DNA of 64,000 bases from the NCBI RefSeq assembly GCF_963921235.1, contig NC_086108.1, forward strand, positions 63,552,001 through 63,616,000. The letters run 5' to 3'. The number at the start of each line of letters is the position of its first letter. Within the stretch, counting starts at the first letter, position 1. This document shows positions 1-13,542 of the stretch, piece after piece. A program made the position numbers and the translations under genes. The stretch is from Mobula hypostoma (lineage: Eukaryota). The notes below the pieces were generated by a model. The model was not told the DNA's origin and searched no databases. It saw only the letters and a list, made by a program, of their open reading frames with translations.

Positions 1-3000
1 TCTGCTCCATTATTTCATTACGGCTGATCCATTTTTCCTCCTAGTCCCATATCCTGCCTTCTTCCCGTATCCCTTCAATCCCTGATCAATCAAGAACCTA
101 TCAAACTCTGCCTTAAATATACATACAGTCTTGGCCTCAACAGCTGCCTGTGTAACGCATTCCACAGATTCACCACTCTCTGGCTAAAGAATTCCTCTTC
201 ATCTCCATTCAAAAAGGATAACCCTCTATTCTGAGGTTGTATCCTCTGGTCTTAAACTCCCCCACCATAGGAAACATCCTCTCCACAAAGCTTTTCAGTA
301 TTCGATAGGTTTCAATGAGGTCAGCTCTCATTCTTCTGAATTCCAATGAATACAGATCCAGAGCCAACAAACACTCTTCATGTGACAAGCCATTCAAACA
401 TGGAATCATTTTCGTGAACTTCCTTTGAACCTTGTCCAGTTTCAGCACATGTTATCTAAGATAAGGGCCCAAAACCGCTCACAGCGCTCCAGTGCTTTAT
501 AAAGTGTCGACACTACGTCCTTGCTTTTATACTCTAGTCCTCGAAATTGAATTGAATGGACTTTATTTCTTGCATCCTTCACATACCTGAGGAGTAAAAA
601 TCTTTACGTTATCTCTCCAGCTAAATGTATAACATGCAATCATAGTAATTTATAATAATTTATAATAAATTGAACAGTCAATGTAACATAGAGTACACTC
701 AAATCAGCGTGAGTTCACCAGTCTGATGGCCTGGTAGAAAAAGCTGTCCCAAAGCCTGTTGGACCTGGCTTTTATGTTGCGGTACCGCTTCCTGGATTGT
801 AGCAGCTGGAATAGATGGTGGTTGGAATGCCTTGGGTCCCCAATGATCCGGCGAACCCTTTTTACACACCTGTCCTTGGAAATGTCCTGAATCATGGTAA
901 ATTCACAACTACAGATGCGCTGGGCTGTCTGCACCACTCTCTGCAGAGTCCTACGATTAAGGGAAATACAGTTCCCATACCAGGCAGTGATGCAGCCAGT
1001 CAGGATGCTTTCAATTGTGCCCCTGTAGAAGGTTCTTAGGATTTAGGGGCCCATACCAAACTTCCTCATTCGTCTGAGGTGAAAGAGGCACTGTGCCCAT
1101 TTCACCACACAGCTGGTGTGTACAGACCACGTGAGGTCTTCGGTGATGTGGATGCCGAGGAACTTGAAGTTGTTTACCCTCTCAACCACAGATCCATTGA
1201 TGCCAATAGGGGTTAACCTGTCTCCATTCCTCCTGTAATCCACAACCAGCTCCTTTGTTTTTGCAACACTGAGGGAGAGGTTGTTTTCTTGACACCACTG
1301 TGTCAGGGTGATGACTTCTTCCTTGTGGGCCACCTCATTATTGTTTGAGATAAGGCCAATCGATGTATTGTCATCGGCAAATTTAATCAGCAGGCTGGAG
1401 CTGTGGGTGGCGATACAGTCATAGGTATACAGGGAGTAAAGGAGGAGACTCAGTACACAGCCCTGAGGGGCTCCTGTATTGAGAGTCAGAGGGGTGGAGG
1501 TGAGGAAGGCCGCTCTTACAACCTGCCGACAACCTTCCAGGATCTGACAGGAAGTCCAGAATCTAGCTGCACAAGTCAGGGTTAAGGCCGAGGTCTCTAA
1601 GCTTCTTGTCGAGCCTGGATGGAACTATGGTGTTGAATGCTGAACTGTAGTCCAAGAACAGCATTCTCATATAAGCATCCTTCTTCTCCAGATGTGTAAG
1701 GACGGTATGTAGAGCAGTGGCTATTACGTCATCTGTCGATCGGTTGTGTCGGTAGGCGAATTGTATGGGGTCCATTTTGGGTGGTAGCAAACTGCAGATG
1801 TAATCCTTGACCAGCCTCTCAAAACATTTGCTTATTATTGAGGTGAGTGCGACAGGATGCCAGTTGTTCAAGCATGTTACCTTGGTCATTTTTGGTACAG
1901 GGACAATGGTGGATAATTTGAGGCAGGAGGGCACTCTACACTGGGAGAGGGAGAGATTAAAAATGTCTGTAAACACACCTGCCTAAGTACTCACTCTGGG
2001 ATGCCATCTGGTCCCGCAGCCTTGGAAACATCTGTGCACCTCAGCCTCAGAGATGACCAGGTTGCAGGTTATAACAGTGGCTTTCCTCGGAGCTCAGAGT
2101 TAGCAACATCAAACCTAGCATAGAAGTGAATGAGTTTATCTGGGAGAGAGGCCGTGATGTTTGGCCTTCCTCACCACAGACTCAACATGCAAATTAACCT
2201 TCAGGGAATCCTGCACAAGCACTCCCAATCCCTTTGCACCTCAATTGTTTGTATTTTCTCACCATTTAGAATATAGGCAACACTTTAATTTCCTCTACCA
2301 ACGTGCATGACCATGCACTTCCCAACCCTATGCTCCACGTGCCACTTCTTTGTCCACTCTCCTAATCTGTCTGTCCTTCTGTAGCCTCTCTACTTCCTCA
2401 AAACTACCTGCTCCTCCAACAACTTTCGTATTTTCTGCAAACTTTGCATCAAAGCCATCAATTCCATCATCCAAAGTCATTGACATATAACATAAAAAGA
2501 ATCAATCCCAACACAGACCCCTATGGAACACCACTAGTCACCGACAGCCAACCAGAAAGGGCTCCCTTTATTCTCACTCTTTGCCTCCTGCAAGCCAACC
2601 ACTGCTTTAGCCATGCTAGAATATTCCCTGTAATACCATGTGCTCGTAGCTTGTAAAGCAGCCTTGTGTGACGCCTTGTCAAAGGCTTTCTGAAAATCCA
2701 AACACACGACATCAACCGATTCTCTGTTGTCAATCCTGTTATTTAAACATAGAAAGCATAGAATTCAAAGAATTCTGACAGCTCTGTCAGGCAAATTTCC
2801 CTTGAAAAAACCATGCTGACTGCAGCCTATTTTATCATGTGGCTCCACGTACCCTGAAACCACATCCTTAACAATCAACTCCAACATCTTCCCAACCACT
2901 GAGGTCAGACTATCCGGCCTATAATTTCCTTTCTTCTGCCTCTCACCCTTCTTGAAGTGTCAGGTGATATTTGCAATTTTCCAGTCTTTTGGAACTATTG

Positions 3001-3757
3001 CAGAATCTGGTGATTCTTAATAGATCAGTGCTAATGCCTCCACAATCTCTTCAGACAGCTCTTTCAGAACCCTGGACTGTGTACCATCTGGTTCAGCTGA
3101 CTTACCTACCTTAAGACCTTTCAGTTTCCCAAGAACTTTCTGTGTAGTTATGGTAACTTCACACACTTCATGACCCCTGACACTTGGAACTTCCACCACA
3201 CTGCTAGTGTCTTCCACATTGAAGGATGATGCAAAGTACTTAGCTCATCTGCCATTTCCTTGACCCCTTTACTACCTCTCTAGCATCGTTTTCCAGTGGT
3301 CCGATATCCACTCTTGCCTCTCTTTGACATTTTATGTATATAAAGAAACTTTTGGAATCTTTAGTATTATTGGCTAGCTTACTTTAGAATTCCAACTTTA
3401 TCTTCTTAATGACTTTTTATTTTCCTTCTCTTGGTATTTGAAAGCTTACCAGTCCTCCAACTTCCCACTAATTTTTGCTCTATTATATGCCCTCTCTTTG
3501 GCTTTGACTTTATCTTTACTTTAGCTTTGAATTATCTTATGAGCCACTGCTGTGTCATCATACCTTTAGAATACTTCCTCTTTGGGATGTATATCTCCTG
3601 TGCCTTCCGAATTGCTTCCAGAAATTCCAGCCATTGCTGTTCTGCTGTCATTCCTGCCAGTGTTCTTTTCCATTTAATTCTTCTCAGCTTCTCTCTCATG
3701 CCTCCGTAATTCCCTTAACTCCACTGTAAAACTGATACATCTGACCTTAGCTTCTCA
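1..3757 (-). mobile_element. Degenerate CR1 LINE (ORF2 linker, RT and 3' end), split by a Rex/Babar insertion at about 546-2160
   Basis: ORF fragments ...VQRKFTKMIP...YSLEFRRMRADLIETY; HGITGNILAW...SVTSGVP; LKVGKSAEPDG...RVLKE. The CR1 sequence resumes across the insertion. Confidence 0.85.
546..2160 (-). mobile_element. Rex1/Babar-type LINE, 5'-truncated, nested in CR1
   Basis: FTDIFNLSL...[16 protein letters not shown]...[12 protein letters not shown]...[40 protein letters not shown] and an (ATTCA)n tail lie at about 546-570 on the minus strand. Confidence 0.85.
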
Positions 3758-4255
3758 TGTTGAAATAATTGAACATGTTGAAATTATTTTAACACTTTCA
3801 ACAACAGCATAGTTAAAATTACATAGAATTAACTGCGTAAGATGGTATTTCTTAACTTTGGCCCCAATATTGTATATTACCACATGTACAGAATTAACAG
3901 CTCAATCTTGAAGCAGGAAATTCGAGCCAAATAAATATCTGAAATAAAACATGAAATGTTGGAAACATTCATCAGGTCAAGCAGCATCTGTGGAGAGAGA
4001 AACAGAGATAATCAGATCTGGGCATTTCTAGCATTTTATTTTAGAAAGCAAGTTAATTTGAATTCATTGAAACACTAGGAGAAAGATGGATCGGGCAAAC
4101 GAAAAAGCACAGATTCAGTGAGGCCAGGGTGTAATTGAGGTTGATTTTTAATAAAGTTGTATAGTTAAATGATTAATGAGTGCCATTTGAAAAAGAGAGA
4201 GGAAGAATAAAGGACCATATGAAAGTTGTGAAACGTAGATCACAGCTGCAGCTTT

Positions 4256-4823
4256 GTAAGTAGGATGCACTGCACAATTCTTATTTGATGGAGACAGCCG
4301 TGAGAGCACAGAGGAACATCTGGATTAACTTCTGAAATGCCCGGTTTCGCTGCCGCTGCTGCTGTGCGATTCAGAGTCTCTGGAGGGAAGGCCTCAAAAT
4401 CCTCGGCTTTGCCTGCTGCTGGCGACCGGGACTAAGGTCAAAGCGTTCAGCAGAGATGGTGCTCAGTGCTCGGTGTTGGAGGGCTGGTCGGAGCTCAAAG
4501 TTTTCGGACGACTCAGAGTCGGACTGTGGTCAGGTATGGCAGGGAGAGTTTTCTTCCTTTTCCCGTCTGCGTGAGATGTGGGACTTTTGAGAGACTTTGA
4601 ACTTTTTGCCGTGCTCATGGCTTGTTCTTCGTCAAGTTACGGTATTGTTTGCACTGCTGTAACTATATGTTATAATTATGTGGTTTTTTGTTAGTTTCTC
4701 AGTCTTGGTCTGTCCTGTGTTTCTGTGATATCACACCGGAGGAATATTGTATCATTTCTTAATGCATGCATTACTAAATGACAATAAAGGAGAACTGCGT
4801 GTCCTCATAATCTAATAATCTAA
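4256..4823 (+). mobile_element. Non-coding retroposed element (LINE 3' UTR or SINE-like) with TAATCT-type tail
   Basis: GC-richer block ending in AATAAA (about 4783) and taatctaataatctaa, flanked by agcttt at 4250-4255 and 4824-4829 (possible 6-bp TSD). Confidence 0.6.
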
Positions 4824-4904
4824 AGCTTTACCTGAAATCAACTGAGAATGCTTGAAATGTGCACCACATCAGGCAGTGTGTCTGGAGAGAAAAGACTGAA
4901 TTAA

Positions 4905-5910
4905 TATTACAGTTCAAATTTCAAAGCTACTTATATGCCACCTTTATATAACCCTGAGATATACTTTCTTGTGGCCATTCACAGAAAATACAAGAAACTC
5001 AGTAGAATCAGTGAAAGCTCACCCCCAACAGGATGGACAAACAATGAATATACAAAAGACAACAAATGGCACAAAGGCAAAAGAAAAAAAAGTATGAAAT
5101 ATGGAGAACCTGAAATGAAAAGTCCTTGAAAGACAGTCCATTGGTTGTGGAAGCCGTTCAGCGATGGGACAAGTGAAGTTATCCCCTCTGGTTCAAGAAC
5201 CTGGTGGTTGAAGGGTACTAACTGTTTCTGAATCTGGTGGTGTGATCCTGAGGCTCCTGTACCACCTTCCTGATGACAGCAGTGAGAAGAAAGCATGGTT
5301 GCTGCTCCATGTAGATGTACTCTGTGGTGCTGAGAGCTTTACCCACATTGGACTGGGCTGTTTCCACTACTTTTTGTAGCTTTTTCATTCAAGAGCATTC
5401 GTGTTCCCAGACCAGGCTGTGGTGCAACCAGTCAATATTCTCTCCACCACACATCTGTAGTTTGAAACAGCAGTTACATCTGAGCATGATGAAGGAAGTC
5501 TCCAGCCGGGACTTGCATGACTAACTGTAGTGTAAATGAGAGAAAGCTACTAACACAATGAAGGAAGCACTGAATACCACCAAAGGTGGAGAATCTTTAT
5601 TGCTGCCCTAAATTCCAGTAGCATTACAGGATGTATTATATATCTATAGAAATTTGTCAAAGTTTTAGATGACATGCCAAATCTTCGCAAACTTTTAAGA
5701 AAGTAGAGGTGCTGCCTTGCTTTCTTCATAATGACACTTGCTTGCTGGAACCAGGGCAAACCCTCTGAAATGATAACATTGAGAAATTTAAAGTTGCTGG
5801 CCCTCACCACCTCTGATTCCCCCCAGTGAGGACTGGTTCATGGACCTGTAGTTTCCTCCTCCTGAAGTCAATTGTCATTTTCTTCGTCTTGCTGACATTG
5901 AGTGAGAGGT
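4905..5910 (-). mobile_element. Degenerate Rex/Babar LINE 3' fragment
   Basis: FKFLNVIISEGLPW...KKARQHLYFLKSLRRFGMSSKTLTNFYR. The 3' UTR is similar to the copies at 16238 and 24125. Confidence 0.75.
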
Positions 5911-6550
5911 CCTTCCCTCCACTAGCCTGCAGGTCACCCGTGAGCGAGTTAGCCCTGCTTAGTCCCTCTGATCAGGGTCACATGAAGCCGTGGGAACAGG
6001 TGGTGGACAGGCGAATGAGCAGCTGTTGCATATCGCAAGTGCTGGTCATGCTACCACTGATGCCAGGCAGTCAATCTCTGAAGAGTACTGATAATGGTTC
6101 TGGTCACCTGTTTTATAAAGCCACTACCCAGAAGAAAGTAATGGCAAATGACTTCTGTAGAAAAACAAACATGAAAAAATCTGCAGATGCTGGAAATCCA
6201 AGCAACACACACAAAATGCTGGAGGAACTCAGCAGGTCAGGCAGTGTCTATGGAAAAGAGCAAGCACTCGACGTTTTGAGCCAAGACCCTTCATCAGGAC
6301 TGCAAAGAAAGAGGAGAAGTCAGGGCAAGATGGTGGGGAGTAAAGAGTGGGAAAGTTGATTGGTGAAAGAGATAAAGGGCTAGAAAAGAGGGAATCTGAT
6401 GGAAGAGGATAGAAGACCATGGAATAAAGGGAAAGATGAGGAACACCAGAGGGAGGTTATGGGCAGATAAGGAGAAAAATTTGCCAAGAACAGTCATAAA
6501 CATGGAAAAACCATGATCGCCCATGTCATATTACACAGCGCATAACGTAC
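5911..6550 (+). mobile_element. SINE-like non-autonomous element with RTE-like tail, interrupted by a PLE fragment
   Basis: Colinear with the uninterrupted copy at 63081-63465 (atcagggtcac.tga.gcc.tggg; aatctctgaagagta; aatggcaaa..acttctgtagaa|..tgccaagaa). Confidence 0.7.
6165..6472 (-). mobile_element. Penelope-like element 3' terminal fragment with degenerate hammerhead motif
   Basis: Same terminus as the PLEs at 19262 and 49070 (ctgcagatgctgg...cagcagg.caggcag). Flanked by agaaaa on both sides, inside the SINE-like element. Confidence 0.75.
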
Positions 6551-8179
6551 CAACAATATGTGATGTTGGATGCTGACTATTGTGAATCTTTAGAATGGTA
6601 ATAACAAATTGGGTGCCAGAGGAAGTCTCAACTTTTTACAATCTATATTAATTATTTAGATAATGGAACCAAGTCTTTTAGAGCCAAATAGGCTGGTGAT
6701 GCAATTCTATCCACTTACCTTTGATCTCCTGCTATCTCCTTTTGTTGTCCTCACTGCTTGCAGAATCATCAGACTTCACAGATATTTTATTCTGCGTGTC
6801 CATATACAAATCATTAATCTATATCAGAGCAATAGTGGCCATCACACTATCACTGCTCTGTACCAACCCACATTCAAAACACAGAACTAGAATCATACAG
6901 CGTAGGAAAGACACTTAGGCCCATGCTAGTCATTTAAACTCTATTGTGTCTTGAAGGTCAACCTTCCAAAGTGAATCACTTCACACTTTTATTGGACTGA
7001 ACTTCATCTGACTGCTCTCAGCCCAGTTCTGCTTCCTATCAATGTTCCATTTTAACCTACAACAAGCCTGCTAAACATTCCACACCAGCACCAACCCTTG
7101 TGTCATTGTAAATACAGCCATATATCTTTTTATTAAGTAAATTATTTGTCCATTTTGTCATTGTCTCATTTATTTCCTGGGCTTTAGTATTGTTAACCAA
7201 CCATTTTATATGAGAGATTGTCTTCCGACAAGGCAGTATTCGAGAGCACATGCAGACAATAGGTATTGTGCCCTTTTCATATAACTTGTGTACCATGAGG
7301 AGAAACCTCATATAGATTTGTCACATGCGACACACCTGTTGTGGCTCTCTATAATGCGCTCAAAATTTGTAAGTGGCTGTTTTCTTTCCTTCACTTATGG
7401 TAGGCTAACTTTAAGCAACATAGTTACAATCACCAGCTAGAGTTTCCAGATACGGACTTCTACCCTTGTGTGACCACTGGTGATGTCTGTTAGTTGCCAG
7501 ACCTGATTTGTCTTGCATGTTTATTGACATCTATTAGTCGATTTATGATGAAGGAAGTAGACCTGCACTACTTTTATATAACACAGAAATGAGTAGAATT
7601 ACAAACGTACATCAAATGCACATTGTCGCAGGATTCATTTTGCAGCAGTGTGCATTTTATATGGTTGACAGCAGTATGTATTGATGAGTGTATATTGAAA
7701 TGTTCATAAAATATATCTTGGAAATTCTAAAACATGAGGAAGGTATTTGAATTAAAATCAACTCTCTGGGGAATTTAATTATTTTCATATTGCAAGTACG
7801 CAATCTTGATGTCCTTCAGCAGCCTATGTTTTCCTATCATTTGCCATTGACCTTAAGAAAGAGGTATAGGAAAAGTAGATAGTTTAGTTATAATTACATC
7901 TGAAGTTGGTACATTTTCACTACTTGTATTAATCATGACATGTTTCTGCATTTGTAGCTTCTTGTGATAACTGCTTTATGAATGACTGCAGTCTGTAGGA
8001 TGACTGTAAACATAACTATTTCATCTTATTCTGCTTTGTATAGCTATAAAATCAATGTTGACTTGTTCATTAGCACACATTTGTGTTCATTAGCATCGAT
8101 TTGATTAAATGTATTTGAATTACACACTCCAAAGTCAGGGTGTATCATGTAAAAGTACTTGCATTTTCCTGTTTTACAG

Positions 8180-8211
8180 TGTGGTGAACTAAAGAGATTG
8201 GATGCACATCT
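8180..8211 (+). pseudogene. HOOK1: HOOK1-like short exon (32 nt) with mutated donor
   Basis: Strong acceptor ttttcctgttttacAG. Encodes CGELKRLDAH-L (cf. SSKLKQKLEAHM) and ends in phase 2 as the next exon requires, but is followed by GAaagt instead of GTaagt. Confidence 0.7.
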
Positions 8212-8560
8212 GAAAGTAAACTTTTTTAAATGTTATTGTCTATTTAGTAGTTCCCAAACTATCACTGTGTCTAAAAGTATGTAGATTTAATTATAAAGGA
8301 GACATTATATACTGCAGATGCTTACAAAAAACAAACTGCTGGAAGAACTCAGTGAGTTAGGCATCATCCGTGGAGGCAGAGGTACAAATGATATTTCAGG
8401 TCAAAATCCTGCATCAGGGCAGATTCAATTACAGTATTGGAATCCGGTTTAATATCATCGGAATATGATGTGAAATTTGTAGTTTCGCGGCAGCAGTACA
8501 TTGCAATACATAATAAAAACTGTACATTACAATAAATGTATGTATGTATTAATGTGCGTC

Positions 8561-8576
8561 TGTGTGTGTGTGTGTG

Positions 8577-8608
<32 letters not shown>
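8561..8608. repeat. (TG)8-TATATA-(CA)13 palindromic microsatellite
   Basis: Read directly; 8561-8598 is a perfect 38-bp palindrome. Confidence 0.95.
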
Positions 8609-8615
<7 letters not shown>

Positions 8616-9110
8616 GTTTCCTCTGTTCCTTATCTAATATTATGTCTGGTTGGTTTGCCAGTACTGCTGATCAGTCTGTATATGGAAGTCCCACAGGATC
8701 TTAGCTCTGCAATTCTCCATTACTTTCTCGGGTATTTCCCGTTCGGACTTGAGAGTGCCCAATCCATACTCAGCGCAGATGTTCCCGCACACAATTCCTG
8801 CAACTTGGTTTGCCGTTCGGTGTACCTGTATGCTGTCCCTGCCTGCATCTCGCTACTATGTGCTGGATAGTTTCACTGGATTCCCTGCACAATCTGCATG
8901 TTGGTTCTTATCTGGTGTGATCGAGCCCTGCTTCTTTGTCTCTGGTGCTCAGCACCTGTTCTTGTGCAGCCATGAGCAGAGCCTCAGTGCTGTCCCTCAG
9001 CCCTGCCATTTCCAGCCATTGGTAGGACTTTCTTACGTCAGCCACCTCTGATCTGGCAATGGTACATCCCGTGCAGTGGCTTGTCCTGTCAGGCCTCTGG
9101 AACAGCGAGG
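8616..9110 (-). mobile_element. R4/Dong (Rex6-like) non-LTR retrotransposon fragment: CCHC knuckle and restriction-like endonuclease
   Basis: Manual minus-strand translation across frameshifts gives DKPLHGMYH..EVADVRKSYQWLEMAGLRDSTEALLMAAQEQ..CRLCRESSETIQHIV..NQVAGIV..AKILWDFHIQTDQ..LANQPDIILDK. Confidence 0.75.
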
Positions 9111-9199
9111 ATACTGCACTGAATCCTCAAGCTCCCAGGCCTAGGAAGAGGACCTGAGATTGAAGGGAAAGTACACGTACACACCACCCTTAAGGGGTG

Positions 9200-11605
9200 A
9201 GAAAAAATTATTTAAATTAAATAAATAGTGCAAAGAGAGAGGAAAAAGAAAATCGTGTCATATGTTCTCCATCCATTTGGAATTCCGATGGTGGAGGGAT
9301 AGAAGCACTGACTGTGTATGTTCAGGTTCCTGTAGCACCTCCTTGATGGTAGTAATAAGATGAGCACATGTCTTAGTCATTATTGATCCTGGGGGCAATT
9401 GGTTTTCGTTACAATTGCACCATAAATAATTAAAGAGTAATAAAACCATAAATAGTTAAATAGTAATATGTAAATATGTAAATTATGCCAGGAAATAAGT
9501 CCATGACCAGCCTTTTGGCTCAGGGTGTCTGACCCTCCGAGGGAGGAGTTGTAAAGTTTGATGGCCACAGGCAGGAATGACTCCCTATGACGCTCAGTGC
9601 TGCATCTCGGTGGAATGAGTCTCTGGCTGAATGTACTCCTGTGCCCAACCAGTACATTATGTAGTGGATGGGAGACATTGTCCAAGATGGCAGGCAACTT
9701 GGACAGCATCCTCTTTTCAGACACCACCGTGAGAGAGTCCAGTTCCATCCCCACAACATCACTGGCCTTACAAATGAGGTTGTTGATTCTGTTGGTGTCT
9801 GCCACCCTCAGCCTGCTGCCCCAGCACACAACAGCAAACATGATCACACTGGCCACCACAGACTCGTAGAACATCCTCAGCATCGTCCGACAGATGTTAA
9901 AGGACCTCAATCTCCTTAGGAAATAGAGACGGCTCTGACCCTTCTTGTAGACAGCCTCAGTGTTCTTTGACCAGTCCAGTTTATTGTCAGTTCTTATCCC
10001 CAGGTGTTTGTAAACCTCCGTCATGTCCACACTGACCCCCTGGATGGAAACAGGGGTCACCAATGCCTTAGCTCTCCTCAGGTCTATGACCAGCTCCTTA
10101 GTCTTTTTCACATTAAGCTGCAGATAATTCTGCTCACACCATGTAACAAAGTTTCCTACCATAGCCCTGTACTCAGCATCATCTCCCTTGCTGATGCATC
10201 CAACTATGGCAGAGTCATCAGAAAACTTCTGAAGATGACAAGACTCTGCGCAGTAGTTGAAGTCTGAGATGTAAATGGTGAGGAGAAAGGGAGACAAGAC
10301 AGTCCCTTGTGGAGCCCCAGTGCTGCTGATCACGCTGTCGGACACACAGTGTTGCAAGTACACGTACTGTGGCCTGCCAGTCAGGTAATCAAGGGAGTCC
10401 GTAATGATGGATGCCGCTTTTTGAAGCATTGCCTTTTGAAGGTGTCTTGGATGCTGGGGAGGCTAGCACCCATGGGAGACTGACTGAGCTTACAACGTTC
10501 TGCAGCTTTTTCCAGTCCTGTGCAGTGGCCTCTTCATACCAGTTAGAATGCTCTCCATGGTACATCTAGAGAAATTTACACGTGTCTTTGCTAACATGCC
10601 AATTCTCCTGAAACTCCTAATGAAATATAGCCACTGTCTGTTTCCTTTGTAACTGCATCAATATGTTGGGCCCAGGATAAATCCTGAAGAGATGTTGACA
10701 GCCAGGAACTTGAAACTGCTCGCCCTTTCCACTTCTTATCCTTCAATGAGGATTGGTGTATGTTCCCTTGACTTCCCAATCCTGAAGTCCACAGTCAATT
10801 CCTTGGACTTACTGACGTATTGCTGTGACACCACTTAGCCAACTGATCAGTCTTGCTCCTGTATGTCTCCTCATCAGCATCAGAAATTCTGCCAACAATA
10901 ATAATGTCACCAGCAAATTTATAGATGGTATTTGAGCTGTGCCTAGCCACACAATTGTGGGTGTAGAAAGTCGAGCAGTGGACTAACCACACATCCTTGA
11001 GGTGTGCCAGTGTTGATTGTCAGCAAGGAGATGTTCTTTCCGATCTGCACAGATTGCATAAGTCAAGGATATAGTTGGGTTGGGTGGTACAGAGGCCCAG
11101 GTTTTAGATATTGTTGATTAGAACAGAGGGTATGATTGTGTTAAACGCTGAGCTTTATCCAATCAATAGTGGCCTGATGTAGATATTGCTATTGCCCAGG
11201 TGACCCACAGCTGAGTGGAGAGCCAGTGAGATTGTATCTGGGGCAAACCTATTGTGGCAATGGGAGAATTGCAGAGGGTCTAGGTCCTTGCTTAGGAAGG
11301 AATTGATTATAGCAATGACCAATCTCTCAAAGCCCTTCATCAAAGTAGATGTGAGTGCCACTGGGTGATAGTTGTTGAAGCAGCTCACCCTGTTCCTTCT
11401 TGGGCACTGGTATGATTGTTGCTCTTTTGAAGCAGTGAGAGATTAAAGTTGTCTTTGAAAACTGTCGCCAGTTGGTTGGCACAGGTTCTCAAAGCCCTAC
11501 CAGGTATACCATCAGAGCATGACACCTTGGAAGGGTTCACCCTCTTGAAATGTGTTCTAAAGTTGGCTCCTGAAACGTAGATCATAAGGTCACCAGATGT
11601 CTGTA
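9200..11605 (-). mobile_element. Degenerate Rex/Babar LINE (host of a nested insertion)
   Basis: FKRVNPSKVSCSDGIPGRALRTCANQLATVFKDNFNLSL; YHPVALTSTLMKGFERLV; IYKFAGDIIIVGRI. Confidence 0.8.
9368..10392 (-). mobile_element. Younger Rex/Babar LINE of a second family, nested, with an open RT C-terminal frame
   Basis: ORF 9380-10429: DYLTGRPQYV...GAPQGTVLSPFL...QKFSDDSAIVG...LNVKKTKELVID. The first 12 or so residues (MLQKAASIITDS) belong to the host element. It has its own 3' tail at about 9368-9400. Confidence 0.8.
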
Positions 11606-12337
11606 GTTTCAATTTTTTTTGCCTTGTCATAATCCAATCACTACAATATTTCTTCTTGCACATATGCACCCATAAGCAAAAAGCACAACTAAAGAAGCCA
11701 TGTTCTCTGCATTTGTCATTCCTATATAACTTCCATGGTCAGGGAAAGCTCAAACTAGGCTGATCTCAATTGCTTTCTGCTTTATGTAAAAAATGTGTAA
11801 GTCTCATAGCCTGCTGATGAATGTTTAATTGCTCTGCATTCACATTTGTCCAAGCCTTTGACTTTAAAAGTTGTTTGTTGTCCAGCTGGACAGAATTGAA
11901 CATGTGTCAAGCAAACTAGCCATCAATTCACCCAACATTTAGAAAACTAGTTTCTAAAGCTAGTAGAATGGATTTGTTTCACAGAATGAAGAAGAGTTTG
12001 AAATTTGTTTAAATATATAGGAGGTACTGGATGAAAAGTTGGAGTTTAATTTATCTTTCATATGGGTTCTTAATGTTGAGGCATTGAATAAAACACAAAT
12101 TGTTTTACGTGGACTCTGTGTGATTTTTATCCATTAACACCTTTTGTCAATGAGATTATATTGAGCAAGCAATGTTTTTCTCACCCGGTTCCATTACCCT
12201 TAGAAACTAAAGGACATAATATCAAGATAAAACATTGGTTTTTTAGGACACAGATTAGGAGACTGTGCATCTCTGTCGTTCAGTATGACAGAGGGCTGTG
12301 GATTTTACGTTCAAGGTTATGATTGATCAGATATTAA

Positions 12338-13542
12338 CAAATAGGGTGGACATGGGGAGGCAGTAGATGTTATTTAGTTGGCTTCTCAGAAGGCGTTTGA
12401 TAAGGTGTCACACATGAGACTGCTTAACAAGATTAAATCCTGTGGCATTACAGGAAAGGTACTGGCATGGATAGCAGAATGGCTGACCGGATGCAGGCAG
12501 CAAGTGGGAATAACTGGGGCCTTTTCTCGTTGTCTGCCAGTGACCAGTGGTGTTCCTCAGGGGTCTGTGTTGGGATTGCAGATTTTCACATCGTTTGACA
12601 ACGATTTGGAAAATGGAATTGAAGGCTTTGTGGCAAAGTTTGCGGATGATACAAAGATAGGTGCAGGGGTAGGTAGTGCTGAGGAAGCAATGTCATTGCA
12701 CTAGGACTGAGACTAATTGGAAAAATGGGCAAACAAGTGGCAGATGGAATACAGTGTTGGGAAATGTATGATAATACACTTTGGTCAAAGGAGCAACAAT
12801 GTGGACTATTATCTAAATGGGAAGAAGGTTCAAACATTAGAGGTGCGAAGGATCTTAGGAGTCTTCACGCAAGACTCCCAGAAGGTTAATTTACAGCTTG
12901 AGTTTGTGGTAAAGAAGGCAACTGGGGAATAGAAAATAAAAGCAAGAAGAATAGAATATAAAAGCAAGGAGATAATGTCTTTATAAGGCACTAGTCAGGC
13001 CACACTTGGACCATTTTTATGCCCCATGGCTCAGAAAGGATGTGTTGTCATTGGAGAGAGTCCGGGGAGGTTCACGAGGATGATTCTTGGAGTGAAGGAT
13101 TTAATATATGAGGAGCATTTGGCAGCTTTGGGCCTGTACTCACTGGAATTTAGAAGAATGCTGCGGGATCTCATTGAAACCTACTGAATGTTGAAAGGAC
13201 CAGTTAGGGTGAATGTGGAGAGAATGTTTCCTATGGTGGGGGTATCCAGAACTAGAGGGCACAGCCTCAAAATTGAGGGATGACTCTTTAGAACAGAAGT
13301 AAGGAGGAATTGGTTTAGCCAGAGAATCTGTGGAGTGCTCTGCCACAGCCTGCCATGGAGGCAAAGCTTGTACATATGTTTAAGGCAAAAGTTGATCGTT
13401 TCCTGATCAGTCAGGTCATCAAAGGATACGGCGAGAAGGCAATTGTATGGAGTTGAGTGGGATCTGGGGTCAACCATGATGGAATGGTAGAGCAGACTCG
13501 ATGGGCTGAATGACCTAATTCTGCTCCTATGTCTTATGGTCT
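12338..13542 (+). mobile_element. CR1 LINE, 5'-truncated
   Basis: QKAFDKVSH...SGVPQGSVLG...KFADDTKIG; ends ctgctcctatgtcttatggtct. Confidence 0.88.

Noticed and set aside
5826..6359. 177-aa ORF
   Set aside because: It runs across three unrelated repeats (Rex antisense, SINE-like element, PLE end), so it is fortuitous.
7999..8005. Possible HOOK1 microexon (ctgtAG-GATGACT-GTaaac)
   Set aside because: 7 nt would break the frame, the pyrimidine tract is weak and there is no supporting homology.
9380..10429. 349-aa ORF as a host gene
   Set aside because: It is a chimera of two nested Rex/Babar LINE fragments.
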